DNA of 64,000 nucleotides from NCBI GenBank assembly GCA_048267165.1, contig JBLWYD010000009.1, forward strand, positions 4,577-68,576, given 5' to 3'. The notes beneath the pieces are model-generated. The model was not told where the DNA came from, ran no database searches, and was given only the letters and a program-made list of their open reading frames with translations. This stretch comes from Bacteroidota bacterium. Lineage in GTDB: Bacteria > Bacteroidota > Ignavibacteria > Kapaibacteriales > UBA2268. Of this stretch, positions 1-9,221 are shown in pieces; position 1 is the stretch's first letter, and each line of letters starts with the position of its first letter. Both the position numbers and the translations under genes were made by a program.

Positions 1-560
1 CTATGCCAATTTCCTAAAGGTGAAAGCCCTGTATATGGTTCAAAATCATCTGTTGGCCCCTCTGAATTTCTGAGTATAACTGGACCAGTTTGGTTTTCAT
101 ACTGTAGCATAATATCCCCCAGATACATCTTTATAAATGCAGGTTGGGATGATTTTGCACTAAGAAATATCTTAACTTTCAGTTTACCCGATATATCATT
201 GTCAGTTAGTGTAGGCTCATAATACCATTTGAAAGTCTTTGTAGATGTACCTGAAGTTTCAGTAAATCCAATATCGCCGACAAGGTCATTTTCGCTTATA
301 TTATCTTCTTTCAATTCGTAATAATTAACATCCTGATCAATTAATTCAATTTTATCGATTTGTATAACTGATGATTCACGTAAAACATATTTAACTTCTA
401 TATATGGGTCTTCTTCACCTTCTTTTGCAGATGCAACAATTGTTACAATCGGGTTATCCTGTGCATTTGTTATAGTGGGAAAGTTGAAAAATATCATAAA
501 TGCCAGAAGGCAATTGATGATTTTATCCTTGTTTTTAAATCTGGTATGAGAGTGTTGCAT
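1..560 (-). CDS. secreted hypothetical protein, 3' end outside the window
   Basis: My own translation of the minus strand from the ATG at 560-558 stays open to position 1 (MQHSHTRFKNKDKIINCLLAFMIFFNFPTITNAQDNPIV...). It has a hydrophobic signal-like N-terminus. The ORF track misses it because no stop lies in the window. Confidence 0.6.
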   Translation of the reverse strand, partial: MQHSHTRFKNKDKIINCLLAFMIFFNFPTITNAQDNPIVTIVASAKEGEEDPYIEVKYVLRESSVIQIDKIELIDQDVNYYELKEDNISENDLVGDIGFTETSGTSTKTFKWYYEPTLTDNDISGKLKVKIFLSAKSSQPAFIKMYLGDIMLQYENQTGPVILRNSEGPTDDFEPYTGLSPLGNWH

Positions 561-807
561 ATATACTCCAAAAAGTGTTTAAAAATGGTAATTTCTTTTC
601 GCATCTCTAAATTACTCAATTCAATGGTTTTATGCAATAGTTTTTATTGTTTTCAAATTAATTCTTATCCGTTTTTGCTCAATTTCCTTAATTATCTTTG
701 TTTTTGGCTTGTGGACTGTTTGTGGACTAAAAATATAAAATTACAGAACTTTTTAGAGCTGATAAGAACTAATCTAGTAGGAATAGGGTATGACGAATAA
801 AACGAGA

Positions 808-839
808 AAACCCCTTGCAGCATGCACTACAAGGGGTTT
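808..839 (-). terminator. hairpin downstream of the tRNA
   Basis: aaaccccttg (808-817) pairs with caaggggttt (830-839). On the minus strand it is followed by a T-rich tract (ttctcgtttt). Confidence 0.45.
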
Positions 840-846
840 TATATTG

Positions 847-920
847 TGGGCCCAGAGGGACTTGAACCCCCGGCCAACGGATTATGAGTCCGTTGCTCTA
901 ACCAACTGAGCTATGAGCCC
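847..920 (-). tRNA. tRNA with anticodon CAT (elongator Met or lysidine-modified Ile2)
   Basis: The reverse complement, GGGCTCATAGCTCAGTTGGTTAGAGCAACGGACTCATAATCCGTTGGCCGGGGGTTCAAGTCCCTCTGGGCCCA, folds as a 74-nt cloverleaf. It has a 7-bp acceptor stem, a GTTCAAGT T-loop and anticodon loop CTCATAA. G1:C72 and the lack of three G:C pairs in the anticodon stem argue against an initiator. Confidence 0.93.
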
Positions 921-1002
921 TACATTCTATTATTTCGTTTTCGTCCACAATAGAGTTTCAAATATAAGAATTTTTTTTTAATTCCAAATAGAAAATATTC
1001 TT

Positions 1003-1776
1003 TTAAAAATTTACTAATCCTACCATTACTCCAAATCCGATTTTCAAACCTGATAAATCGAAGTCTGGATTAACTGAATTCGTGCCTAATGTATTATAAG
1101 TCCAATCTGTGTCTTGACCGATTGTCAAGTTATAAGTAGCGTCAGCTCTTATGATTATAAAGTTGGCAAGGGCATATTCCAATTGGATATTTGGCATAGC
1201 AAAAAAGTAATTCTTTACTAACCTGTTTGTTCCGTTATCACTAAACTCATTCTCTTTGACGGATAAAGCATTATAAAACTCGTAAGTCATATCTCCCCAA
1301 CCTGCGTTTACACCTGCAAGTATAGCGAAATGCTCGAATGGGACATAGCCATAATGCACACTAAACCCAAACATACTCGCGGTTAATTTGCTTTGAACTA
1401 GTCCATCAATACCTGTCTCGCTACCATCTATATTTGTACCCTTATAAGTTGAGACCTCTGACTCTACACTCCCTCCATAACCAAAAACACCTAGTCTTAG
1501 GTTCTTCACCCAAGGTATTCCAGTTGCACCTTGTCCACCAGTTAGTTGGATTGGACCTGAAAGTTGTAAGTCACCTAACTCATTATTGAAAAATGAATTT
1601 AGGTGGTCTTCTTTTATCATTAGCCAATCAAATGTAACACCACCAGCTAGTACAAAATAGCTGCGTGAAGCTTCAGTCAGTGGTTGATTATCAAAGGGCA
1701 AATCTAACTCATCATCCTGCGCCGTTAAGAATATTGGCAACATTAGTACCGAAATTAACAATAATACTTTTTTCAT
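1003..1776 (-). CDS. predicted outer-membrane beta-barrel protein, tandem paralogue 1 of 5
   Basis: Signal peptide MKKVLLLISVLMLPIFLTAQ. Alternating hydrophobic pattern. C-terminal GFGVMVGLVNF ends in Phe. Homologous to the four ORFs upstream. ATG at 1776 is preferred over the GTG at 1785. Confidence 0.85.
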   Translation of the reverse strand: MKKVLLLISVLMLPIFLTAQDDELDLPFDNQPLTEASRSYFVLAGGVTFDWLMIKEDHLNSFFNNELGDLQLSGPIQLTGGQGATGIPWVKNLRLGVFGYGGSVESEVSTYKGTNIDGSETGIDGLVQSKLTASMFGFSVHYGYVPFEHFAILAGVNAGWGDMTYEFYNALSVKENEFSDNGTNRLVKNYFFAMPNIQLEYALANFIIIRADATYNLTIGQDTDWTYNTLGTNSVNPDFDLSGLKIGFGVMVGLVNF

Positions 1777-1796
1777 ATTTATCACTCTTAAATTTA

Positions 1797-2576
1797 TTAG
1801 AAATTAGCTAATCCAACCATAACTCCCAAACCCAACTTCATACTTGATAAATTGAAATTTGGAATATTTGAGCGTTTAGTTAAGTAATTAAAGGTCCATT
1901 TCTCGTCTTGACCAAAGATTAGATTGTAACTAGCATCAGCTCGTAAAACTAGAAAGTTAGTTAGAGCATATTCAAATTGGAGACTAGGCATAACGAAAAA
2001 ATAATTCTTCTCGAATCTACCCATACCGTAACCAAAATTATTTTCTACATCTTTATTGACAAAAGTTGAATACAGTTCATGGATTACATTTCCCCATCCG
2101 GTATTGAACCCTCCCAATATGGCAAATTTCTCATAAGGGACATAGCCATAGTGCATTGATAACCCGAACATACTAGCAATAAGACTTATTTGAACATCTA
2201 TTTCTCTAAAATTCGGATAATCTCCCGAATTATAATCATTAATAGTTGAAATTCCAGATTCAATACTCCCACCATATCCGAGGACACCAATTCTTAGGTT
2301 TTCTGCCCAAGGAATACTAACAACACCTTGACCACCTATTAACTGCATTGGCCCAGAAAAGCTAATGTCAGAATACTGCTCTCTACCATAAAAGTATATT
2401 AAGTCTCTATCTGTTAACATTAGCCAATCATAAGTGAGACCACCAGCTAATACAAAGTAGCTTCGTGATGTCTCGTTCAGTGGCTCATTATCGAATGGGA
2501 TATCTAATTCTTCCTCTTGTCCCATTAAGAAGATTGGAGTCAGTAGAGCCATAATTAGTAATAATAGTTTTTTCAT
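1797..2576 (-). CDS. predicted outer-membrane beta-barrel protein, tandem paralogue 2 of 5
   Basis: Signal peptide, conserved blocks SRSYFVLAGG and RADASYNL, C-terminal GLGVMVGLANF. Confidence 0.85.
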   Translation of the reverse strand: MKKLLLLIMALLTPIFLMGQEEELDIPFDNEPLNETSRSYFVLAGGLTYDWLMLTDRDLIYFYGREQYSDISFSGPMQLIGGQGVVSIPWAENLRIGVLGYGGSIESGISTINDYNSGDYPNFREIDVQISLIASMFGLSMHYGYVPYEKFAILGGFNTGWGNVIHELYSTFVNKDVENNFGYGMGRFEKNYFFVMPSLQFEYALTNFLVLRADASYNLIFGQDEKWTFNYLTKRSNIPNFNLSSMKLGLGVMVGLANF

Positions 2577-2594
2577 TTTTATCTTAAGTAAATA

Positions 2595-3365
2595 CTAAAA
2601 ATTAACTAATCCGACCATAATACCTAGCCCAACTTTGAATCCGTTTAAATCAAAGTCAGGGTTAACAGTAGTTTTGTCTAATTTATTATAGACCCAATCA
2701 GTATCTTGACCGATTGTTAGATTATAACTAGCATCAGCTCTTATTACAATATAACTAGTAATAGCATATTCTAACTGGATATTAGGCATCGCAAAGAATA
2801 ATTCTTTCTTATATCTATCCATCCCAAAGCCAAATGGAGCTCTTTCATCAATCTCAGCAAAGGCAGTATAAACCTCATAAGTTACATCACTCCAGCCAGC
2901 ATTAACACCACCAAGGATAGCAAAATGTTCGAATGGTACAAATCCGTAATGAACACTAAAACCGAACATGCTAGTGCTAAGACTACTCTGTGCAAACATG
3001 TCATCAGTGTCCGATATGAAGAATCCTGATCCAACTTTAATTATTGAAATCTCAGATTCTGAACGTCCACTATAACCGAGTACTCCAACTCTAAGATTTT
3101 TCACCCATGGAATACCAACTACTGCCTGACCACCAATTAAATGGAGAAGCGAAGAAAGCTTTAAATCTGGCCACGATTCGAACGAATTCAAGTGGTTATC
3201 GTTTAGTAGAAGAAAGTCATAAGTCACACCACCAGCTAACACGAAGTATGTCCTAGCATCTTCAGTTAGTGGTTCATTTTCGAAGGGTACATCTATCTCA
3301 TCGTCTTGTGCCGATAGGAAAACCGGCAACATAAGTATTGAAAATAGTAGTACTAATTTTATCAT
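2595..3365 (-). CDS. predicted outer-membrane beta-barrel protein, tandem paralogue 3 of 5
   Basis: Signal peptide, the same conserved blocks, C-terminal GLGIMVGLVNF. Confidence 0.85.
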   Translation of the reverse strand: MIKLVLLFSILMLPVFLSAQDDEIDVPFENEPLTEDARTYFVLAGGVTYDFLLLNDNHLNSFESWPDLKLSSLLHLIGGQAVVGIPWVKNLRVGVLGYSGRSESEISIIKVGSGFFISDTDDMFAQSSLSTSMFGFSVHYGFVPFEHFAILGGVNAGWSDVTYEVYTAFAEIDERAPFGFGMDRYKKELFFAMPNIQLEYAITSYIVIRADASYNLTIGQDTDWVYNKLDKTTVNPDFDLNGFKVGLGIMVGLVNF

Positions 3366-3385
3366 TTTTCTAATCTTTTCTGAAT

Positions 3386-4177
3386 TTAGAAATTAGCTAA
3401 ACCAATCATAACACCGAACCCTACTTTCATACCATCTAAGTTGAAATCTGGGTTAATCGAGTTTGTACCTAAATTATTATAAGTCCAGTACGTGTCTTGA
3501 GCAAATGTTAGATTATAACTAGCATCGGCTCTTAGTATTATATAGCTAGTAATCGCATACTCAAATTGGATATTAGGCATTACAAAAAAGTAGTTCTTTT
3601 CAAACCTTGAAACACCTAATGGCATATATGTTTGAACATCTTTTGGACTAGTAATCGCAACATATCGTTCATAAATTACATCGCCCCATCCAGCATTAAT
3701 CCCACCTAGAACTGCGAAGTGCTCGAAAGGAACAACCCCATAATGGAGACTAAAGCCAAACATACTAACATTTAGGCTCGATTGAACACTGTTTGTTGAT
3801 TCTATAATCGCTTCACCTTCAACCGCTGAAGGGTAAGAGCTATCAATTGTACCCGATTCAACACTACCACCATTACCAAAAACACCTATTCTTAGATTTT
3901 TCACCCAAGGAATACCTAGAACACCTTGACCACCAATAAGCTGAATTGGCCCTGATAATTCTAATTCTGATTCTTCAGGTGTGTCATTGAAAAAAGAATT
4001 TAAGTGGTCTTCTTTTATCATTAGCCAATCGTAAGTCACACCACCAGCTAATACGAAGTATGTCCTAGCATCTTCAGTTAGTGGTTCATTGTCGAAAGGT
4101 AAATCTATATCGTCGTCTTGCCCAGATAGGAACATTGGCAGCATTAGTACTGACATTAATAATAATATTTTTTTCAT
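3386..4177 (-). CDS. predicted outer-membrane beta-barrel protein, tandem paralogue 4 of 5
   Basis: Signal peptide MKKILLLMSVLMLPMFL is identical to paralogue 5. C-terminal GFGVMIGLANF. Confidence 0.85.
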   Translation of the reverse strand: MKKILLLMSVLMLPMFLSGQDDDIDLPFDNEPLTEDARTYFVLAGGVTYDWLMIKEDHLNSFFNDTPEESELELSGPIQLIGGQGVLGIPWVKNLRIGVFGNGGSVESGTIDSSYPSAVEGEAIIESTNSVQSSLNVSMFGFSLHYGVVPFEHFAVLGGINAGWGDVIYERYVAITSPKDVQTYMPLGVSRFEKNYFFVMPNIQFEYAITSYIILRADASYNLTFAQDTYWTYNNLGTNSINPDFNLDGMKVGFGVMIGLANF

Positions 4178-4197
4178 TTTATTTTCTGTTTTTATTT

Positions 4198-4980
4198 TTA
4201 GAAATTAGCTAAACCTATCATAACACCGAATCCTACTTTCATACCATCTAAGTTGAAGTCTGGGTTTACTGTCGCAGTCCCAATTGTATTATGAGTCCAC
4301 TTTTCATCTTGACCGATTGTTAGATTGTAACTTGCATCGGCTCTTAGTATAATATAACTAGTGATTGCATATTCTAATTGGATATTAGGCATAGCAAAAA
4401 AGTAATTTTTCTCTAATCTATCCGTTCCAAAGCCACCTGCCGGATTCACATCATCTGAAGTAAGTGATGAAACGAATCTTTCGTAAGTTATATCACCCCA
4501 ACCAGCATTTACTCCCGCTAATATAGCAAAGTGTTCGAAAGGTACATAACCATAATGCACTGAAAACCCGAACATACTAGCTGTTAAGTTGGTCTGTGCC
4601 CCTGATATTTCTTCTTTCTCAATACCATCTGGCCCTTTTGAAATACCATAGTATTTTAATACATCTGACTCTACACTTCCACCATACCCAAATACACCCA
4701 ATCTAAGATTTTTCACCCAAGGGAGACCAATTACACCTTGTCCACCAATTAACTGCATTGGAGCTGAAAGTACTAAATCAGGACTAGCTCCAAACGAATT
4801 TAGGTGATCTTCTTTTATCATCAACCAATCATAAGTAACACCGCCAGCTAGTACGAAGTAGCTACGTGAATCATCTCTTAGGGGTTCATTGTCGAATGGT
4901 AGGTTATCTATCTCATCATCTTGTGCCGTTAGGAACATCGGCAGCATTAGTACCGACATTAGTAATAATATTTTTTTCAT
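4198..4980 (-). CDS. predicted outer-membrane beta-barrel protein, tandem paralogue 5 of 5
   Basis: First gene of the array. Signal peptide, conserved blocks, C-terminal GFGVMIGLANF. Confidence 0.85.
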   Translation of the reverse strand: MKKILLLMSVLMLPMFLTAQDDEIDNLPFDNEPLRDDSRSYFVLAGGVTYDWLMIKEDHLNSFGASPDLVLSAPMQLIGGQGVIGLPWVKNLRLGVFGYGGSVESDVLKYYGISKGPDGIEKEEISGAQTNLTASMFGFSVHYGYVPFEHFAILAGVNAGWGDITYERFVSSLTSDDVNPAGGFGTDRLEKNYFFAMPNIQLEYAITSYIILRADASYNLTIGQDEKWTHNTIGTATVNPDFNLDGMKVGFGVMIGLANF

Positions 4981-5013
4981 TGTTTCTCCAATTTTTAATT
5001 AATTTATTTGCTA

Positions 5014-5021
5014 CAAAAATA
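5014..5021 (-). promoter_or_regulatory. candidate Bacteroidota-type -7 box (TATTTTTG on the minus strand) for the paralogue array
   Basis: Plus-strand caaaaata is TATTTTTG on the minus strand and matches TAnnTTTG. It lies about 33 nt upstream of the ATG at 4980. Confidence 0.4.
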
Positions 5022-5072
5022 ATGAATTATACGAGACTTACATATTATTACGATTATTTGCCTATTAGTTTT

Positions 5073-5080
5073 TATATTTG
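5073..5080 (+). promoter_or_regulatory. candidate -7 box TATATTTG for thrS
   Basis: Matches TAnnTTTG about 35 nt upstream of the thrS ATG. Confidence 0.45.
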
Positions 5081-5115
5081 TAGTCTATTTTTAGACCAAA
5101 ACTCGCATAATTATT

Positions 5116-7056
5116 ATGAAAATCACATTTCCAGATGGCAACGTCAAAGAATTTCCGCAAGGGACTAATGGATACGAAATTGCAAAATCTATATCGCACG
5201 GCTTAGCTCGTAACGCATTAGGCATTGTACTCAACAATGAAGTAAAGTATGAACTCCATAGTCCTATTAATGAAGATAGCACGATAAAATTCGTAACCTT
5301 TGCCGATGAAACGGGCAAGGATTTCTTCTGGCACTCTTCTGCTCACTTATTGGCAGAGGCATTGCAAGAGCTATACCCTGGGGTGAAATTCGGTATCGGT
5401 CCCTCTATAGAAAGTGGATTCTACTACGATATAGATATGCCGGGTGAGGATACATTATCATCTGATGATTTCCCGAAAATAGAAAGCAAAATGAAAGAGC
5501 TAGCTCAGAAGAAATCGGAATTCGTTATGTCCGAATCTACTTGGGACGAAGCTTATGCGTTTTACAAAGAGAAAGGAAACGAGTACAAGTTGGATTTGCT
5601 AGACGGACTAAAAGGTCAGCCGATTACTTTCTGTACTCAAGGAAATTTTAAAGATTTATGCCGTGGCGGTCATATACCGAACACAGGCGAAATCAAGGCA
5701 GTCAAGCTGCTATCAACAGCTTCAGCATATTGGAGAGGCGATAGTGACAATGCTACATTAACTCGTATTTACGGTATTACTTTCCCCAAAGCATCTATGC
5801 TAGATGAGTTTATGGAAATGAGAGCCGAAGCACAAAGACGTGACCACAAGAAATTAGGCCCTGAACTTGGTATCTATATGATTAGCCAGAAAGTTGGACG
5901 TGGACTTCCAGTTTGGTTGCCAAATGGTACAGTACTTCGCCGTAAATTAGAAGGATTTATAAAAGAAGAATTATTGAAACGTGGCTACCAAGAGGTAATA
6001 ACTCCTCACATTGGTAATCTAGAACTTTACAAAACTTCTGGTCACTACCCATATTATGCCGAATCACAATTCGCGCCTATGAGTGTAGAAGAAGAAGAGT
6101 ACATGCTAAAGCCAATGAACTGCCCACATCATCATCAGATATACAGCGCTGAGCAACGATCGTATCGTGATTTGCCAGTTCGTATAGCTGAGTTCGGTAC
6201 TGTTTACCGCTACGAGCAATCAGGTGAGCTGAACGGTATGTCGCGTGTACGTGGATTCACTCAAGATGATGCACACATATATTGCACAGAAGAGCAACTA
6301 AAAGACGAGCTAAAAGATTGTATAGAGCTGACTCAGTTAGTGTTTGAGACTTTCGATATGGAAGTAACGACACGCCTTTCGTTCCGTGATGACCAAGAAG
6401 GCAAATATGCTGGCGACGAAGAAGGTTGGGAAAAATCTGAAAGAATAGTAAAAGAAGTTGCTGATGAATTAGAGTTAAACTATTTCATAGGATTGGGCGA
6501 AGCTTCATTCTATGGACCAAAGATTGATTTCATCGTTCGCGATGCTATCGGTCGTAAATGGCAGTTAGGTACAGTCCAAGTTGACTACGTAATGCCAGAG
6601 CGTTTCGAGTTAGAGTACATCGGCTCGGATAATGCTCCGCACCGTCCAGTTATCATACACCGTGCACCATTCGGTTCTATGGAGAGATTCATATCTATAC
6701 TAATAGAGCATTATGCGGGTAATTTCCCATTTTGGATAGCGCCAGTGCAAGTAAGTGTATTGCCAATAACTGATAGACAAAATGACTTTGCAGAGAAAAT
6801 AGTGAACTCACTATTAGCTTCGGGCTACAGAGTGAAATTCGATAATCGCTCGGAAGGAGTCGGTCGTAAAATAGCTGAATCAGAACAAGCGAAAATCCCT
6901 TTTGCCTTGATAATAGGTGATAGAGAGCAAGAAAGCGAAACAGTTTCTATCCGTCAGCATACAAAAGGCGACGTAGGAACTAGCACTATAACTGAGTTAA
7001 TGGAGCTATTCGGACAGCTCAACCAGCCGGGTGGCGAGAAAGAAGCAGAGGGATAA
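5116..7056 (+). CDS. thrS: threonine--tRNA ligase
   Basis: 646 aa. TGS-like N-terminus MKITFPDGNVKEF, zinc-site CPHHHQIY, class II motif 3 HRAPFGSMERFI, C-terminal anticodon-binding region. Confidence 0.97.
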   Translation: MKITFPDGNVKEFPQGTNGYEIAKSISHGLARNALGIVLNNEVKYELHSPINEDSTIKFVTFADETGKDFFWHSSAHLLAEALQELYPGVKFGIGPSIESGFYYDIDMPGEDTLSSDDFPKIESKMKELAQKKSEFVMSESTWDEAYAFYKEKGNEYKLDLLDGLKGQPITFCTQGNFKDLCRGGHIPNTGEIKAVKLLSTASAYWRGDSDNATLTRIYGITFPKASMLDEFMEMRAEAQRRDHKKLGPELGIYMISQKVGRGLPVWLPNGTVLRRKLEGFIKEELLKRGYQEVITPHIGNLELYKTSGHYPYYAESQFAPMSVEEEEYMLKPMNCPHHHQIYSAEQRSYRDLPVRIAEFGTVYRYEQSGELNGMSRVRGFTQDDAHIYCTEEQLKDELKDCIELTQLVFETFDMEVTTRLSFRDDQEGKYAGDEEGWEKSERIVKEVADELELNYFIGLGEASFYGPKIDFIVRDAIGRKWQLGTVQVDYVMPERFELEYIGSDNAPHRPVIIHRAPFGSMERFISILIEHYAGNFPFWIAPVQVSVLPITDRQNDFAEKIVNSLLASGYRVKFDNRSEGVGRKIAESEQAKIPFALIIGDREQESETVSIRQHTKGDVGTSTITELMELFGQLNQPGGEKEAEG

Positions 7057-7619
7057 TGTTCAAGAAAAAACTCATAGTACTTTCTTCTCCTAGCGGTGGC
7101 GGTAAATCAACATTAGCTAATTATCTGATGACTCTCTACCCAGAGATTCGTTTCTCTGTCTCATGCACTACTCGTAAGATAAGAGCTGGTGAAGTCAACG
7201 GTAAAGATTATTTCTTCCTCACAAAAGAAGAATTCGAAGAGAAAGTAGCGAACGGAGAATTTGCAGAATACGAACAGATATTCGGCAATTATTATGGTAC
7301 TCTAAAATCTGAAATCAAAAAACATCTGAATTCTGGTAACTCTATCCTTTTTGACGTAGATGTAAAAGGAGCAGTATCATTGAGGAAAAACTTCCCCGAA
7401 GATACATTGCTTATTTTCATCTATCCTCCAAGCTTCGAAGAACTACAACGCAGATTACTAAAGCGTAGTACCGAAAGTCCAGAAGAGCTAAACACTCGAC
7501 TAGAACGAGCTAAAGAAGAACTAACTTACCAAACACGATTCGACCACGAAATACTCAACGACGTTTTGCAAGATGCATTCGACAACTTAGAAAGAGTAAT
7601 AAAAGAGAATGTAGGGTAA
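7056..7619 (+). CDS. gmk: guanylate kinase
   Basis: 187 aa. P-loop SSPSGGGKST and CTTRKIRAGEVNGKDYFF motif. The start overlaps the thrS stop (TAATG). Confidence 0.93.
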   Translation: MFKKKLIVLSSPSGGGKSTLANYLMTLYPEIRFSVSCTTRKIRAGEVNGKDYFFLTKEEFEEKVANGEFAEYEQIFGNYYGTLKSEIKKHLNSGNSILFDVDVKGAVSLRKNFPEDTLLIFIYPPSFEELQRRLLKRSTESPEELNTRLERAKEELTYQTRFDHEILNDVLQDAFDNLERVIKENVG

Positions 7620-7620
7620 G

Positions 7621-7789
7621 GTAAATTCGTTGAATACGTCACTCTGAACGAAATGAAATCCAATTACGAGGGCTCTAAGTGTAATGAAGAGGAACGTTGT
7701 AATCTCTCTGTGAAAGAACGGATGATAGCCAACGCGTGGCAAGCACGCTTCGAGTTCTGTGCATTATTAAAATTCAAAAACGTTTAGTG
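7621..7789. repeat. GC-enriched mosaic of short intergenic modules
   Basis: gtcactctgaacgaaatgaaatcc (7638-7661) resembles 44127-44152 and the reverse complement of 48293-48320. ggcaagcacgcttcg (7738-7752) is the exact reverse complement of 44176-44190. Confidence 0.6.
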
Positions 7790-7832
7790 AACTGCCCCCA
7801 AAAAGATAGTCTCAATTTGGGGGCAGTTTTAT
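7790..7832 (+). terminator. rho-independent terminator after gmk, between convergent genes
   Basis: Perfect 13-bp stem aactgcccccaaa (7790-7802) / tttgggggcagtt (7816-7828), followed by a T-run. Confidence 0.65.
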
Positions 7833-7855
7833 TCCTAGAGAATGTGTTTCAAATT

Positions 7856-9214
7856 CTATTCTTTAATTTTTAGGCGGATTATTCTACCGGGGGATTGAGT
7901 AGCGGCATATAGATAACCATCTGGTGACATCTGTACATCACGGAAGCGTGCATAGCCAGAAAGACTACGAACAGTTTCGGTTACTACATTGTCTTTCACT
8001 TTTATTCTATGCAAATGAGTACCAGCTAATGCTCCAATTATTATATCAAGCTCATTAGTTTCTTCATTATAGTTTACTAGATCCATACCACAAGGCGCTA
8101 TTGATGGAACCCAAAATGTAATAGGGTCTATGTACCCCGGAATTGATCTTTTCTCAGTTATAGGAGTACCATCATAATTGATTCCATAAGTCGCTAATGG
8201 CCATGCATAGTTACCACCTGCTTCTATTATGTTTAGTTCATCTCCTCCTCTTGGGCCATGCTCTATTGCCCATATTTCATCTTTTTCAGTTAGGTAGAAC
8301 ATACCTTGTATATTCCTATTACCCATAGTATATATCTCAGGTTTTGCTCCTTGTGCATCTAGGTAAGGGTTGTCTTTAGGTACACTACCGTCGTCGTTTA
8401 TTCTTAGCACTCCGCCATAGTGGTTTGTGCTATCTTGTGCATTGCTCTGATTTCCTCTATCACCTATTGTGAAATAGAGCTTGTTATCTTTGTCAAATAT
8501 AATTCTAGAACCGAAGTGGTTACCACCACTTACTAATGGGTCACCTCTGAATAATTCTTCGTAATTATCTAGTTTATTATTATTCAAAGTACCACGTCCA
8601 ACGGCTGTAGTATATTTAAAATTCTCACCAACGGCGTAAGCTAAATAGACCAATTTATTTTCATCGAAATTAGGGTGAAGCGTTACATCTAAAAGCCCAC
8701 CTTGTCCAGTAGATACGATATTAGGTAGTCCAGTAATTTCACTTGTCTTTCCTTCCGATATATTGTGTCTATATAACTGACCTTCTTTTTCAGTGAATAT
8801 CAAATTATTATTATCTATAAAATCAATACTCCAGGGATTAGATAGGTTATCAACTGTGATTTCATCGACAACTAACTCACCAAAAGGGTATCTATTTCCA
8901 GTTACTATTTCTTCAAATTCGATTGATGATATTTCATTGAGCGTGAATTCGTCGTTGCCTTTTTCACTCGTAAATATCATCTTCCCAGAGTCGAAAGTAA
9001 TCTGTGATTTACTGTCTAGCTCTATTTCGACTATTGTATTATCCGAAGTGCTGACAATTGCAATTGTTTTGTTTTCTAGTGCGAACGAAATTTCTGATAT
9101 ATCTTCAACAGAATATTCCTTTACAGAATCATCTATACCGATTATCTGTACTTTATGTTGGGAGTAAAGATAACTAGTAGTCAGGAGTGCTAAAATTAAG
9201 ATTTTTATTTTCAT
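7856..9214 (-). CDS. PQQ-dependent sugar dehydrogenase (soluble aldose/sorbosone dehydrogenase family) with an extra N-terminal domain
   Basis: Signal peptide. Motifs GLLDVTLHPNF, NHFGSRIIFDKDNKLYFTIGDRG, GGVLRINDDGSVPKDNPY and EHGPRGGDELN are typical of this beta-propeller family. Confidence 0.85.
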   Translation of the reverse strand: MKIKILILALLTTSYLYSQHKVQIIGIDDSVKEYSVEDISEISFALENKTIAIVSTSDNTIVEIELDSKSQITFDSGKMIFTSEKGNDEFTLNEISSIEFEEIVTGNRYPFGELVVDEITVDNLSNPWSIDFIDNNNLIFTEKEGQLYRHNISEGKTSEITGLPNIVSTGQGGLLDVTLHPNFDENKLVYLAYAVGENFKYTTAVGRGTLNNNKLDNYEELFRGDPLVSGGNHFGSRIIFDKDNKLYFTIGDRGNQSNAQDSTNHYGGVLRINDDGSVPKDNPYLDAQGAKPEIYTMGNRNIQGMFYLTEKDEIWAIEHGPRGGDELNIIEAGGNYAWPLATYGINYDGTPITEKRSIPGYIDPITFWVPSIAPCGMDLVNYNEETNELDIIIGALAGTHLHRIKVKDNVVTETVRSLSGYARFRDVQMSPDGYLYAATQSPGRIIRLKIKE

Positions 9215-9221
9215 ATTATTT

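Noticed and set aside
546-800. 84-aa plus-strand ORF between the partial CDS and the tRNA
   Set aside because: It lies in very AT-rich promoter/terminator spacer. Its composition is Phe/Leu/Asn/Ile-rich and low in complexity, with no start-site context. It is probably non-coding.
847-920. The tRNA as an integration hotspot with an adjacent genomic island (the five-paralogue array)
   Set aside because: There is no integrase and no direct repeat of the tRNA 3' end. The array's composition also matches the surrounding genes, so nothing supports mobility.
4866-5318. ORFs 4866-5168 (+) and 5091-5318 (-) spanning the divergent promoter region
   Set aside because: They overlap the well-supported 5' ends of paralogue 5 and thrS and run through the AT-rich intergenic promoter region. 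They are shadow or spurious frames.
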